A program made the position numbers and the translations under genes. From an uncultured bacterium (GTDB lineage: Bacteria; UBA8481), in NCBI GenBank assembly GCA_964499705.1, contig CAZCME010000015.1, forward strand, positions 1 through 64,000: a DNA stretch of 64,000 bases, given 5' to 3'. Shown here piece by piece: positions 49,801 to 58,829 of this stretch. How positions within the stretch are numbered: the first letter of the stretch is position 1; the number at the start of each line of letters is the position of its first letter. Under the pieces are notes generated by a model. That model did no database searches. It saw only the letters and a list, made by a program, of their open reading frames with translations, and was not told where the DNA came from.

Positions 49801-52800
49801 ACATTGAGGAGATAGAGGCCGTGCCGGCCTTGCAGAATCTGGAAATGCTGCAGGCGGATCCGGGCGGCGTTGCGCGCATGAAATGACGGCGCCGTCGGAG
49901 CGCTGTCCGCCTCATTGAAAACGATGATCGTCGAGAAGGAATCTTTGCCGATGACGACGACATCGGAGCAGCTGATCGTGACCGTGTCCGGCTCGTAGTA
50001 CCACCCCGCATCCACCAGGATCGTGTCGCCCGGTGAGAGGAGGCCTTCCACGTCATTCAGCGTCCGCTTCGGCGTGGATGGCGATCGTCCATCGTTGGTC
50101 GAGGCGCCCGCCGCCGATGTGAAGGAATCGCCGGCGGTCGAGGTATCATTCACATACCAGACGTTGGGAATCGTGTCCCTCGTGCTGGCGCGGACGATCG
50201 AATCGGAATAGAAGCTCTGATTCTCGAACGGCGCGTGATTATCGAATGCCGTGACGCGATAGCACCACGTCTGTGATTCCAGCAGTCCAGTATCGTCGTA
50301 AAGAAGAATACCGGCCGTGGCGGCTCCGCGCAGCACCCAGAGCGACGTGTCCGCCGTTCGAGAGCGATAGATCTTGTAGCCTGAGAGGCCAAGTTCGGTT
50401 TCCGATTCTTCGGACGCAACCGTCGCCGACCAGGTGACCCGGATTGCCCTCGAGTCTCGCGCGACTGCGGCAACGGTGTCCGGCGCTCGGGGGGCGATCG
50501 TATCGGCGCGAGGCGACGTATCAACGATGCCCAGCCGCCAGGGAAAGTATAAGACCGATGTTGCAGTGGAACCAGCGATTCGGTTGCGAAGAGAAACCGA
50601 ATCCACAGTGGCGAACCAGTTTCGGCGGAACAATAGCCCGCCCGCCGCTGAACTGGCGGCCATCGTTTCCGCTGGAGCGCCGCTCGAGATGAAATTGTTC
50701 TTCTCATGCAGATTCGTGGTTCCGGGCCCCAGAACGAAGAAGCCGGCCAACGCGTTCGCGCGGACAGTATTCTGAGCGAGATAACAGCCATCGACATCTC
50801 CCAGATAAAATCCCGCGCGCGCATTAGACAATGCAGAGTTGTTTGTGAAACGATTGCTGTCCCCCGTGACGTAGAATCCATCCTCGCCGTTTGACTCGGC
50901 ACGATTCTCGCTCAGCGTCGTCAGATTCATGCCGATGTCGAACCCGTCGGTCGTGTTGTTGCGGGCCATGGACCGCATGACAGTGTTGTTGGATCCCGTA
51001 TTGACCACGTAGATCGCTGAAAGAAGAATTTCCTCCGCCAGCACGCGATCGAGCGTATTGCCGCTGGAGGATCCCCTGATAAAGAATCCATGGCGTCCCG
51101 CCCGGCTCGCCGCGCAACCTTCGATCCGGGAATTCATGACGTTGTTGAAGTCGATCCCCTTGTAGACGTCTCTGACGCGCAGATCCCGTATCAGAAGATT
51201 GGATCGTCCTGTTGCCGCAATGCCGATTGCGTTCGTGCCGGCTGAACTGTCGTTCAGATCGATGACCGTGCCTGCCGCGGATGAATCCTTTCCTATGAGG
51301 GCGACGCTATCGACGGAGAAGACGACTGCTTCAGCGTAGTTTCCCGCATCGACGAGGATCGTGTCTCCGGATGTTGCGAGAGTCATTACGGCGCCGATCG
51401 TTCGTTTCGGCGCCGACGGAAAATACCCGCTCTGCGTGTCATATCCCGCGGCGCTCGTGAAGGAATCTCCCGATGTGGAAAGATCGTTCACATACCAGAT
51501 GTTCGGCCCGGAGGTGTCGATCGTCGAAGCGGTTGCGACGGAGTCGGAATAAAAGCTCTCGTTCGGATACGCCGCATGATTATCGATGGCCGTCACGCGA
51601 TAATACCGCGTCGTTCCAGCCGCCAATCCCGTATCGTCGAACTGGAGGGTGCCGGAACCGACCGAACCGTGCAGGATCCAGAGCGTCGTGTCGCTTGTTT
51701 GAGAACGGTAGATCCTGTATCCGGCAAGATTGACCGCGCTCTCCGCTTCTTCGGACGCGGTCACGACCGACCAGGAGATTCGAATATCGTTTAACCCCAT
51801 CAACATCGCGGCCACGGTGTCCGGATCTCGCGGCGCCACAATATCCGCGCCGCAGGTAGAATCGAGCGGCCCGAGTCGGTAGGGAATGAAGACGACCGAC
51901 TCCGCGCCGAACCCGGTTATCCGGGAGCGAATGACGCCGGAGTCGATCATTCCCCACCAGTTGCGTGTCATATCGAATCTCTTCGTCGAAAGCACGTGCA
52001 CGCCTGCTGCTCCGATGTTGCACTTGTTGAATGTGTCGGATGAAGCTACGCTTCGAAAAGTGATTTCCGTATCGGCGTTGCCGGTTATGTCGATTCTGGA
52101 AAACGAATTACCGATGCCGCTCAGATCGATGCCTTCGGTGAAACCATACGTGGCGTTCCCGGAGAAGATGTTGCATGTGAACTGGTTATTGGTCGAGCTA
52201 TCATCCACCATGATCCCTTCATCCCAATTGGCGCTTGCCCTGTTGCCGCGCACGATGTTGCGATGACTGCCCACGCCGTTCCAGTCGCCGATCCGAAGCG
52301 CGCGTCGATTCCCGTAGCCGACGTTGTCTTCGACGACGTTGTCGATCGTGGAATAGAGATTAATTCCTGTCGTGACGTTTGAGTCGGTCCGGTTATTCGC
52401 GACCGTATTCGTGTCCGCGCCATAACCGGCGACTTCACCGGATCCGATGACGATTCCATGCCCGTTATTCGTACGCGTCGTATTGAAGCTGATTGTGTTG
52501 CGGTCGCTTCTCTTTCCGCCAAAAGGCACATCGCCCTCGACATTGATTCCTCGGCGGCCATTGCCGCTGGCGAGATTTCCATGCACCGTGCTGCCGGAAG
52601 ATCCTCTCAGATCAATGCCGTGTCCCCACCCGCCATTGATGTTGGAATCGCAAATGTTATTAGTGACCGTGGCGAAGTCGGAATTGCGGAGCCAGAGGCC
52701 GTAGTCGCCGTTATGGCTCAGACTGTCGGATCGGATGACGCAGGAATCGGAATAGACGAGGTAAACGCCATTGAGCGCTCCATGAACGGCCAGGTTCTCG

Positions 52801-53201
52801 ATACGGAGCCCGTTCTTACCATACGCATAGATGCCCGTTAACGCCGTCGCTGTAGTGGGACCGGGAGGATCTATTATCGTGAATCGTGAGTCGGCTCCGA
52901 TCAGGCTGACGTACGAATCCTGGATGGCAATCGTCTCGTAGTAGTATCCGTTATCGATGTAGACGGTGTCGCCCGGCGTCAATAACTGCGCAACGGAATC
53001 GATGCTGCGCTTTGGAGTCGCGATCGTGAGACCGTCGTTGATGTTGTTTCCGACAGCGGAGGTGTACGAATCGCCCGAAGTCGACGTGTCGTTCACATAC
53101 CAGACTGTCGCGCGGGCCGGCGAAGAGCCGATGCTGAGAATCAATATCGCAAGAGAAAGCCGTAAAAGAGGAATGCATTTTATCCATTCCCAAAGCGCCA
53201 T
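43827..53201 (-). CDS. 3124-aa secreted/surface protein: five (right-handed beta-helix + FN3) modules, Ig-like domains and a T9SS/FlgD-like C-terminal domain
   Basis: Signal peptide; five WYVND.ST.GDS.TSA.G-started modules, each ending in NWW/FG..DS, PY/WRLG, APR/KAP and YRVTA/S.D...N.SFYSDS; terminal VYPNPFKP...IRIYS...WD.RN..G...ASGVYIY...KLVVIR. Confidence 0.88.
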   Translation of the reverse strand: MALWEWIKCIPLLRLSLAILILSIGSSPARATVWYVNDTSTSGDSYTSAVGNNINDGLTIATPKRSIDSVAQLLTPGDTVYIDNGYYYETIAIQDSYVSLIGADSRFTIIDPPGPTTATALTGIYAYGKNGLRIENLAVHGALNGVYLVYSDSCVIRSDSLSHNGDYGLWLRNSDFATVTNNICDSNINGGWGHGIDLRGSSGSTVHGNLASGNGRRGINVEGDVPFGGKRSDRNTISFNTTRTNNGHGIVIGSGEVAGYGADTNTVANNRTDSNVTTGINLYSTIDNVVEDNVGYGNRRALRIGDWNGVGSHRNIVRGNRASANWDEGIMVDDSSTNNQFTCNIFSGNATYGFTEGIDLSGIGNSFSRIDITGNADTEITFRSVASSDTFNKCNIGAAGVHVLSTKRFDMTRNWWGMIDSGVIRSRITGFGAESVVFIPYRLGPLDSTCGADIVAPRDPDTVAAMLMGLNDIRISWSVVTASEEAESAVNLAGYRIYRSQTSDTTLWILHGSVGSGTLQFDDTGLAAGTTRYYRVTAIDNHAAYPNESFYSDSVATASTIDTSGPNIWYVNDLSTSGDSFTSAAGYDTQSGYFPSAPKRTIGAVMTLATSGDTILVDAGNYAEAVVFSVDSVALIGKDSSAAGTVIDLNDSSAGTNAIGIAATGRSNLLIRDLRVRDVYKGIDFNNVMNSRIEGCAASRAGRHGFFIRGSSSGNTLDRVLAEEILLSAIYVVNTGSNNTVMRSMARNNTTDGFDIGMNLTTLSENRAESNGEDGFYVTGDSNRFTNNSALSNARAGFYLGDVDGCYLAQNTVRANALAGFFVLGPGTTNLHEKNNFISSGAPAETMAASSAAGGLLFRRNWFATVDSVSLRNRIAGSTATSVLYFPWRLGIVDTSPRADTIAPRAPDTVAAVARDSRAIRVTWSATVASEESETELGLSGYKIYRSRTADTSLWVLRGAATAGILLYDDTGLLESQTWCYRVTAFDNHAPFENQSFYSDSIVRASTRDTIPNVWYVNDTSTAGDSFTSAAGASTNDGRSPSTPKRTLNDVEGLLSPGDTILVDAGWYYEPDTVTISCSDVVVIGKDSFSTIIVFNEADSAPTAPSFHARNAARIRLQHFQILQGRHGLYLLNVDSSVISDLTVTRSLQYGIYLNFGCDSNTFERNQIVINTAMGVYSRLSNRNTFRLNQINNNSGYGVYLNSSDTNLFVENRSESNVGDAFLIAGSWNTLTCNQAGGYQGGAGYWILGGSHNLLVNNINRDRNPGVRLSQCSNNRIFTHQTSATEEGWGAGFYIEDTSSADTVNKSTILGTIATPDSAVFNGTLNRFDFTRNWWGTTDSAAIRAKIWGLGRDSIVYWPYRLGMIDTACGADVVAPRAPDTVTAAALDSSRILVTWAAVTASEEAESSVDLAGYRVFRSTSADTSLWILHGATPSTSFTDSGLAANTPYHYRVTAFDNHSPFENQSFYSDSIASASTSVVDTSGPNIWYVNDTSTAGDSFTSAVGNNANDGLTIATPKRDLHIVMALLSSGDTVYIDAGTFDSHSSVNSSEFAVARIDTDNVWIVGKDSLSTVIDPAGSGATVGLFGVYADTQSGITVQGLGIQGAYEGIKFYNVDRSTIRNDRTCLNGLHGIYLRNGCDSNLIANNVSDSNGAVGIYLHAQTMYNTVRDNRADSNLNYGIYIDATTNNTFAGNAADSNKIYGFFVATGADNNVFLRNTASMNAVNGLRLESSNSNRFEANAMYANTAWSHSIDGASGGDTCRKNNFSGSVARPDSILYNNTPARFDYPRNWWGTTDSLQIKSKIRGPGRDFIIFIPYRLGPVDTAPGADTVAPKAPDTVMAAPLTTTSIRVSWSPTIMDEEPDAYSTNLAGYKIYRSPLADTSYWSPLASVAAASLSYDDTGLQANATWFYRVTAVDSWTPYENQSFYSDSIASATTDAVDTSIANFWYVNDGSTSGDSFTSAVGNDANNGLTMATPKRTIAAVMSLLSAGDIVLVDSGLFAEAVVISTSNIAIIGKDSASTRIDPPGDSSIPGLFALHCTGVAGVRIRNVGTAGAFDGIRFTSTDQSVIENSNASGCYEAGVYLVRGSDGNVLRDLEISDGASHGVTLDSTYAPNNNNTIESSLIRTQASRGIIILKSDSNIIRWNRIVSIGNRGIDLALARGTIVAGNLIRENSTGILFGDASDRNIIAGNIIESSVIDGIHLASGTQNLVSGNEIRGCGQYDVRIGAFGGGNTFEKNNLAIPGTSYAVFNAGSASVAMARNWWGTVDSSILRSRIWGTAGMVTFTPYRLGTVDTTAGSDTVAPRAPTTVTAAALGQSGIRVTWSAVSSSEEQEAAHGLAGYHLYRSLAADTSLWVRHATVGAGTTSFDDSGLAMSDRRYYRVTSFDAHAPFPNESFYSDSIATARTDPESNTPSPFTLIQPEHGAETTSASLRFQWSPSSDSSSVMYRLQVANNASFTSLAIDSPGLAQTSAMILFTASAWQAWRVIASDSFGNQVVSETRVFAVDPQAPSNPPLRAPTNGATITTSTLDFRWDASFDTPAGNSALALSAASNQVRYNLQLSRSPGYSSFIANDTTTETHALILLAHSDSGAIYWQVAAVDRLGNRAVTASSFQRAVPADTIPPQPPLELRGVALETGGVKLSWQPSPSSDMSGGGYRIYWDSGLRTSADTILDYVAHQAAGPITYITGILATDSIYRFRIQSVDALGNSDLNTNLVEVRVLGGAPPYAQTQIITPHSGHRVTRTGGVEVVTRVLGTPAQKSGVAAVRFQYRPSGGNWTDMLVSSRQSNPTTYGGTGNSNVHWNAQALADGLVDIRAIPMLSGGFSADSMSEVVRIELVSNADDANVHSDANHAADTFRVDHVVFRTRQDTIVAITPSGRRCEVMLDSGAAPAASDTRPVKLRVALSPTSPIETQAIRNSQRQEVGLVAEVAFSDSSQPGADVWITIPLPELDADNKVSVQGSKVSVFDLKIWTYSSDTGRWEELGAPEIDLTAGTARFRTRHFSFFTLAAPVAATTNLATFVVYPNPFKPNDGDATNGAEYIPGVANTGITFENLPQGSIIRIYSALGEQAAEVSVDASGGAQWDVRNSRGIKMASGVYIYLIISPSGERRTGKLVVIR

Positions 53202-53343
53202 GAGTGTCAGGATATCTTAGGGTAGCACCCGTTCCCAAAGATAAATTAGCTATGTAAGAAAATGCACATAGATGGTTGGTCTTACCCTCCGGATATTTCA
53301 GCGAGTGTCCGCCGTTAGAATTAATGTCACAGGAGATTTCGTA

Positions 53344-54693
53344 TTAAAGCTTGCGTCGTCTCGCGGCTTCGTGAGGATCCAGGCGTGAACGGCTGTTCTT
53401 CAGGGAAGGGTGAACTTTGGCCAGTGATTCGTCGTCGCTGGCCGCGAGATCCGCGCCGGAATGCACGAGGCGCGCCACGATCTCGTGGGCGTGGCGGAAC
53501 GGCACGCCCTGCTCCACGAGGTGCTCCGCCAGGTCCGTCGCCAGCATCGACGGATCGATTGCCTTTTCGGCTCGCTCGGAGTTGAACTGCATCGTCTCCA
53601 CCGCCAGGGCCATTGCTTCCGACGCCGCCAGGATCGTATCGATCGAGTCGAAGACCGGCTCCTTGTCCTCCTGCATGTCGCGGTTGTAGGTCATCGGGAG
53701 GCCCTTCATCGTGGTGAGGAGCGCCACGAGGTTGCCGACGACGCGGCCCGTCTTGCCCCGGGTCAATTCGCAGACATCCGGATTCTTCTTCTGCGGCATG
53801 AGCGAGGAACCCGTCGTCACGGAATCGGCGAGCTGGATGAATCCGAATTCCTTCGACGAGAAGATGATGAGATCTTCCGCCAGGCGCGAGAGATGGACCT
53901 GGAAGAGGCTCGCCGCGAAGAGAAGCTCCAGCGCGAAATCGCGATCGGCGACGGAATCCATCGGATTCCGGGATGGGTGGGCGAATCCCAGCTTGCGGGC
54001 CGTGAACGCGCGGTCGATCGGGAGCGTGGAACCGGCCAGCGCGCCGCTGCCGAGCGGGCAGATGAAGAGCGCTTCGAGCCGGGCCGCGAGGAAACGCTTC
54101 ATGTCCCGCACGAACATCTCCCGATACGCGCCGAAATGTGTCCGGAACCGGACGGGCTGGGCCTGCTGCAGGTGCGTGTATCCGGGCATGATCTTCTCGC
54201 CGTAGATGCTGATGACGCGCGCCAGGGCATGCACGAGTCCCTCAACTCTCTTCAACGCCTTCTCCGCGGCGTCCGCGCAATACAGCTTGAAGGCGGTCGC
54301 GACCTGGTCGTTGCGGCTTCGCGCCGTGTGAACCCGAGCGCCCGCGTCGCCGATCTTTCTCGTCAGCGCCGACTCGATGTTCATGTGGACGTCTTCCAGC
54401 GATTCGTTCCAGGAGAATTCCCCGTCCTCGATCTCCTGAAGGATGTCCTTCAGTCCCTTCACGATCTTCTGGGCGTCCGGCAACGGGATGATCTTCTGCT
54501 TGCCGAGCATCTCGGCGTGAGCGATGGAACCGCGGATATCGAAAGGCGCAAGCCGCTTGTCGAAGGAGACGGATTCGGTGAACTTCTCGACGACCGCGGA
54601 CGTCCGGGCGGCGTAACCTCCGCCCCACAACTTGGCTGATCCGGTCTTGTCCCTGACTTTTGCTTTTTTCTTTTTGCCTCTTGCCTTCTTCAT
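53344..54693 (-). CDS. argH: Argininosuccinate lyase
   Basis: [54 protein letters not shown]. Confidence 0.98.
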   Translation of the reverse strand: MKKARGKKKKAKVRDKTGSAKLWGGGYAARTSAVVEKFTESVSFDKRLAPFDIRGSIAHAEMLGKQKIIPLPDAQKIVKGLKDILQEIEDGEFSWNESLEDVHMNIESALTRKIGDAGARVHTARSRNDQVATAFKLYCADAAEKALKRVEGLVHALARVISIYGEKIMPGYTHLQQAQPVRFRTHFGAYREMFVRDMKRFLAARLEALFICPLGSGALAGSTLPIDRAFTARKLGFAHPSRNPMDSVADRDFALELLFAASLFQVHLSRLAEDLIIFSSKEFGFIQLADSVTTGSSLMPQKKNPDVCELTRGKTGRVVGNLVALLTTMKGLPMTYNRDMQEDKEPVFDSIDTILAASEAMALAVETMQFNSERAEKAIDPSMLATDLAEHLVEQGVPFRHAHEIVARLVHSGADLAASDDESLAKVHPSLKNSRSRLDPHEAARRRKL

Positions 54694-55892
54694 TTCCCCC
54701 GGCGCACCATCTCCCGGATGCGGAGCCTCAGTGCGTTCAACTTGATGAAACCGGTCGCGTCCGCCTGGTTGTACGATCCGCCCGCCTCGAACGTGACAAT
54801 GTCGGGACGATAGAGCGAGTTCTTCGACTTGCGTCCCGCGACGTGGCAGTTGCCCTTATAGAGCCTCAACCGGACGGTGCCGTTCACGACCTTCTGCGAT
54901 TCGTCGCAGGCGGTCTGCAGCATTTCCCGTTCCGGAGCGAACCAGTAGCCGTAGTAGCACATCTCCGCATAGCGGGGAATCCAGGAATCCCGGAGGTGCA
55001 TCACTTCGCGATCGAGCGTGATGGATTCGAGCGCGCGGTGCGCGACATGGAGAATCGTCCCGCCGGGCGTCTCATACACGCCTCGCGATTTCATTCCCAC
55101 GTAACGGTTTTCCACGCAGTCCGCACGGCCGATTCCGTTCCTGCCGCCGATCTGGTTCAGTTTTTCCAGGAGCTTTGCGGGGGAGAGTTTCCTGCTGTCG
55201 ACGGCGATCGGATTGCCAGCCTTGAAGTCGATCTCCACATACGTCGGCTTGTTCGGCGCTTTCTCCGGGGAGACCGTCAGCTGATAAATATCCGCTGGCG
55301 GCTCCGCCCAGGGATCCTCCAGGATTCCGCCCTCGAAGGAGATGTGAAAGAGATTCCGGTCGGAGGAATACGGCTTGCCCGCGAACTTGGGCACGGAGAT
55401 CCCGTGCTTCTTCGCGTACGAGATGAGGTCGGCGCGGCCCTGGAAGGTCCATTCGCGCCATGGCGCCACGACCTCGATGTCCGGATCCAGCGCATAGCAT
55501 GTCAGCTCGAACCGAACCTGGTCATTTCCCTTGCCGGTCGCTCCGTGCGACACCGCGCGCGCGCCTTCCTTGCGCGCGATCTCGATGTGAGTCTTCGCGA
55601 TGCAGGGTCGCGCCAGGGATGTTCCCATCAGGTACGTACCCTCGTAGACCGCGTTCATCCGGAGCGCGGGGAAGACGTAGTTCGCGACGAAGTCTTCCTT
55701 CAGGTCGACGATGACGGTCTTCAGCGCGCCCGTCGCCTTCGCCTTCCGGCGCACTTCGTCGACCTCGGCGCCCTGCCCGAGATCCGCGGCATACGCGATG
55801 ACTTCGTAGCCCTTCTCCTCGATGAGCCACTTCAAGATGACCGATGTATCCAACCCGCCTGAATAGGCGAGAACGACTTTCTTCTTAGACAT
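54690..55892 (-). CDS. argG: Argininosuccinate synthase
   Basis: [41 protein letters not shown]. Confidence 0.98.
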   Translation of the reverse strand: MSKKKVVLAYSGGLDTSVILKWLIEEKGYEVIAYAADLGQGAEVDEVRRKAKATGALKTVIVDLKEDFVANYVFPALRMNAVYEGTYLMGTSLARPCIAKTHIEIARKEGARAVSHGATGKGNDQVRFELTCYALDPDIEVVAPWREWTFQGRADLISYAKKHGISVPKFAGKPYSSDRNLFHISFEGGILEDPWAEPPADIYQLTVSPEKAPNKPTYVEIDFKAGNPIAVDSRKLSPAKLLEKLNQIGGRNGIGRADCVENRYVGMKSRGVYETPGGTILHVAHRALESITLDREVMHLRDSWIPRYAEMCYYGYWFAPEREMLQTACDESQKVVNGTVRLRLYKGNCHVAGRKSKNSLYRPDIVTFEAGGSYNQADATGFIKLNALRLRIREMVRRGK

Positions 55893-55904
55893 GTTGACTC
55901 CTTG

Positions 55905-56495
55905 TTATAGTACGCCCTTGGTCGACGGCACTCCGCTGATTCTCGGGTCGATGAACGTCGCCTCCCGGAGCGCCACGGCGACGGACTTGAACGACGATTC
56001 CACGACGTGGTGCGGATTCGTGCCGCCGGTCAGGTCCATGTGCATCGTGATCCCGGCCTGCGAAGCGAAGGCGCGGAAAAAATCCTCCGCGAGATAGCAG
56101 TCGAACGATCCCGTTTTTTCGCGCGGAAAGGCGCCGCGCAGATACAGGCCGCCGCGGCCGGAAATATCGATGTCGACGCGCGTCAGGGCTTCATCCAGGG
56201 GGACGCTTGCCGAGGCGAAGCGGCGGATCGATCGTTTATCTCCGAGCGCCTTCAGGAGGGCCTGTCCGAGAATGATGCCGACGTCCTCCACCGTATGGTG
56301 GTCGTCGATGTGCGTGTCGCCCTTGGCTTTCACGATGAGGTCGATGAGGCTGTGGCGGCCGAGCTCGCCGAGCATGTGATCGAAGAATCCGATCCCCGTT
56401 TCCGCGGTCACCTCGCCGCGGCCGTCGAGCCGGACCGTGGCGCTGATATCGGTTTCCCGCGTCTTCCGCTCCACTCTTCCGATTCTGTCAGCCAT
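55905..56495 (-). CDS. hisB: Imidazoleglycerol-phosphate dehydratase
   Basis: RKTRET, TGIGFFDHML, DDHHTVED, NPHHVVE, PSTKGVL. Confidence 0.97.
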   Translation of the reverse strand: MADRIGRVERKTRETDISATVRLDGRGEVTAETGIGFFDHMLGELGRHSLIDLIVKAKGDTHIDDHHTVEDVGIILGQALLKALGDKRSIRRFASASVPLDEALTRVDIDISGRGGLYLRGAFPREKTGSFDCYLAEDFFRAFASQAGITMHMDLTGGTNPHHVVESSFKSVAVALREATFIDPRISGVPSTKGVL

Positions 56496-57531
56496 GGCGC
56501 TCGATTACCTCCAGCAGTCTGTCGATCTCTTCGTCCGTTCCGACCGTGATCCGGATGCCTTCCGAGATGCGCGGATCGGTTTCGAACCAGCGGACGATGA
56601 TATTCTCTTTTCTCAAAAAGTCATAGACGCGTCGACCGTTCTTGTCAGGAGGGACGGCGAAGATGAAATTTGCCCCGCTTTTATGCACCATGAACCCGAG
56701 TTCCGTCAACCGCTTTTCCAGCCGGGACCGGGTGGAAACCACCTTTTGGCGCAGTGCCACGGCGTAATCGACGTCGCGGAGCGCCGCCGCCGCGCCGGCG
56801 TCGGCCAGGAGGCTGACATTATAGGAGTCCTTCAGCTTCTGGAAATCGGCGATGAGATCCGGGGACGCGACCGCGAATCCGACCCGGAGGCCGGCCAAAG
56901 CATAGGACTTCGAGAGAGTCCGGACGACGATGAGGTTATCGTGCCGCCGGACGAGATCCATCGCGCTCGTTCCCTGGAAATCCGCGTACGCCTCGTCCAC
57001 AAGGACGAGGCCGCCAAACGACAGAAGCGTCTCGATCTCGTCGAGCGGCGTCACCGTTCCCGTGGGCGAATTCGGCGTGGCCAGGATCGTCAGTTTCGCG
57101 CCGACGGATCCCAGCTGGCGGATGTTCACGGCGAAATCCGCCTCGGCCCTCGGCACGTCGATGATCTTCGCTTCCGCGAAGTTGGCGAGAATCTCGTAGA
57201 GCGTGTATGTCGGCGTCGACCACGCGACGCGGTCGCCCGGAGCCACGTAGGCCTGGAAGGCGATCCGCAGGATTTCGTCGGATCCGTTTCCGACAAAGAC
57301 CATATTCTCCGGCAATCCCGCGGTTTCCGCGAAGGCTCTTCGCGCGTTGTCCGCATCCGGCCGGGGATAGCGCATCAGCCGCGGAGCAACCTCTTGCACG
57401 GCGGCGATGACCGCGGACGACGGAGGATACGGGCACTCGTTCGTGTTCAGCTTGATGACCGGCCGGGTAAGCTGTTCGCCAGGCACGTAAGGCGGAGCCG
57501 CGGCTAGGTGCGGACGCAGATAGCGGCTCAT
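56488..57531 (-). CDS. hisC: Histidinol-phosphate aminotransferase
   Basis: KLNTNECP, GNGSDE, PNSPTG, DEAY, RTLSKSYALAGLRVG. Confidence 0.96.
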   Translation of the reverse strand: MSRYLRPHLAAAPPYVPGEQLTRPVIKLNTNECPYPPSSAVIAAVQEVAPRLMRYPRPDADNARRAFAETAGLPENMVFVGNGSDEILRIAFQAYVAPGDRVAWSTPTYTLYEILANFAEAKIIDVPRAEADFAVNIRQLGSVGAKLTILATPNSPTGTVTPLDEIETLLSFGGLVLVDEAYADFQGTSAMDLVRRHDNLIVVRTLSKSYALAGLRVGFAVASPDLIADFQKLKDSYNVSLLADAGAAAALRDVDYAVALRQKVVSTRSRLEKRLTELGFMVHKSGANFIFAVPPDKNGRRVYDFLRKENIIVRWFETDPRISEGIRITVGTDEEIDRLLEVIERHG

Positions 57532-58829
57532 CCACGGCCTTTAAAAAAGGGATCAGACACCTTTTTCTTAGCAGAACGGCGAGCGTTTGTTCTCGCTTCC
57601 GCGGCGCGGGCGTGCGCTTCCAGGCTTTCGGCGCGGGCCAGGCGCGCGGCGGGCGCGGCGAGTTTTCGAGCGGCCTTCGGCGCGAACCACTGGATGGAGG
57701 AGACGGCGACGAAATCGCGAGCGGAGAGCGGAGCGGCGAATCGGGCGGTCCGCGACGTGGGCAGGACGTGATTCGGCCCGGCGATATAATCGCCGAATAC
57801 TTCCGGGGCATCCGGACCGACGAAGATGGCGCCCGCGGCGTTGATCTCCTCCGCGATTTCCCACGGTTCCGCCGTGAGGATCTCCAGGTGTTCCGGCGCC
57901 GCCTGGTTGGCCAGGCCGACCATCTGGTTCCTGTTTTCGCAGAGGACGATGCAGCCATTCCTCAGCAGCGAGGCGCGGGCGATCCCGTGGCGCGGAAGCG
58001 TGGCGAGTTGGGCCAGGAGCTCGTGCGCGATGTCGGGGATCGCATCGCGATATGTCGTCAGGAGCATCGCGCGGGCGTCGGGGTCGTGCTCGGCCTGCGC
58101 CAGGAGATCCGACGCGATAAGGCGCGGATCGGACGTGTGATCGGCCAGGATGAGAATTTCGCTCGGGCCCGCGATGGAGTCGATGCCGACGTGGCCGAAG
58201 ACCTGCCGCTTGGCTTCGGCGACAAAACGATTTCCCGGACCGACGATCTTGTCGACGGGCTCGATCGATTCCGTTCCGTACGACAGCGCCGCGATCGCCT
58301 GAGCTCCACCCACCTGGTGGATCTCCGAAATGCCGCAGATTTTCGCCGCGGCGAGGATGACATCGGCGACAGGGGGCGGCGTCGCGACGGCGATGTTCGT
58401 GACGCCGGCCGCCCTGGCGGCGGCGCCGGCCATCAGGAGCGTCGAGAAAAGCGGCGCGGTGCCGCCAGGGACATAAATGCCTACGCGCCGCAGCGGTTTC
58501 ACGATCCGTCCGAAAGCGGCCGATTTCCCATCCCTCCAGAAGAGGGACGCATCGGCCGTTCGCAGGTGGTAATCCAGGATGCGCCTGAAGGCGAGTTTCA
58601 TATCCTTCAGCAAAGCAGGGGAGATGCGTGGCGCTTTCCGCTTGAGCCGGACCGACTTGATGGAGACCCCGTCGTATTTTCGTGTGAGTTTCATAAGCGC
58701 GCGATCGCCGCCGGCGCGCACCTCGTCGATAATGCGCGTCACATCGGAGGAGGTCGAGGCGGACTGAGCCGGAGCATTGATGCGCCGCAGAAATTCCGAA
58801 GGAGACAAAACTGAGACGATGCTCTTCAT
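57528..58829 (-). CDS. hisD: Histidinol dehydrogenase
   Basis: YVPGG, GGAQAIAAL.YGT, KIVGPGN, AGPSE, QAEHD, APEHLE, GPNHVLPT. Confidence 0.97.
   Translation of the reverse strand: MKSIVSVLSPSEFLRRINAPAQSASTSSDVTRIIDEVRAGGDRALMKLTRKYDGVSIKSVRLKRKAPRISPALLKDMKLAFRRILDYHLRTADASLFWRDGKSAAFGRIVKPLRRVGIYVPGGTAPLFSTLLMAGAAARAAGVTNIAVATPPPVADVILAAAKICGISEIHQVGGAQAIAALSYGTESIEPVDKIVGPGNRFVAEAKRQVFGHVGIDSIAGPSEILILADHTSDPRLIASDLLAQAEHDPDARAMLLTTYRDAIPDIAHELLAQLATLPRHGIARASLLRNGCIVLCENRNQMVGLANQAAPEHLEILTAEPWEIAEEINAAGAIFVGPDAPEVFGDYIAGPNHVLPTSRTARFAAPLSARDFVAVSSIQWFAPKAARKLAAPAARLARAESLEAHARAAEARTNARRSAKKKVSDPFFKGRG
57544..57566. repeat. Short REP-like hairpin inside the hisD 3' end
   Basis: AAAAAGG-GATCAGACA-CCTTTTT, translated as KKVSDPFF. 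Confidence 0.45.

Noticed and set aside
45900-53110. Recurring ~40-60 bp repeats as a CRISPR array or DGR
   Set aside because: They are conserved coding motifs of ~1.4-1.6 kb protein modules. No spacer structure, cas gene or reverse transcriptase is present in the window.
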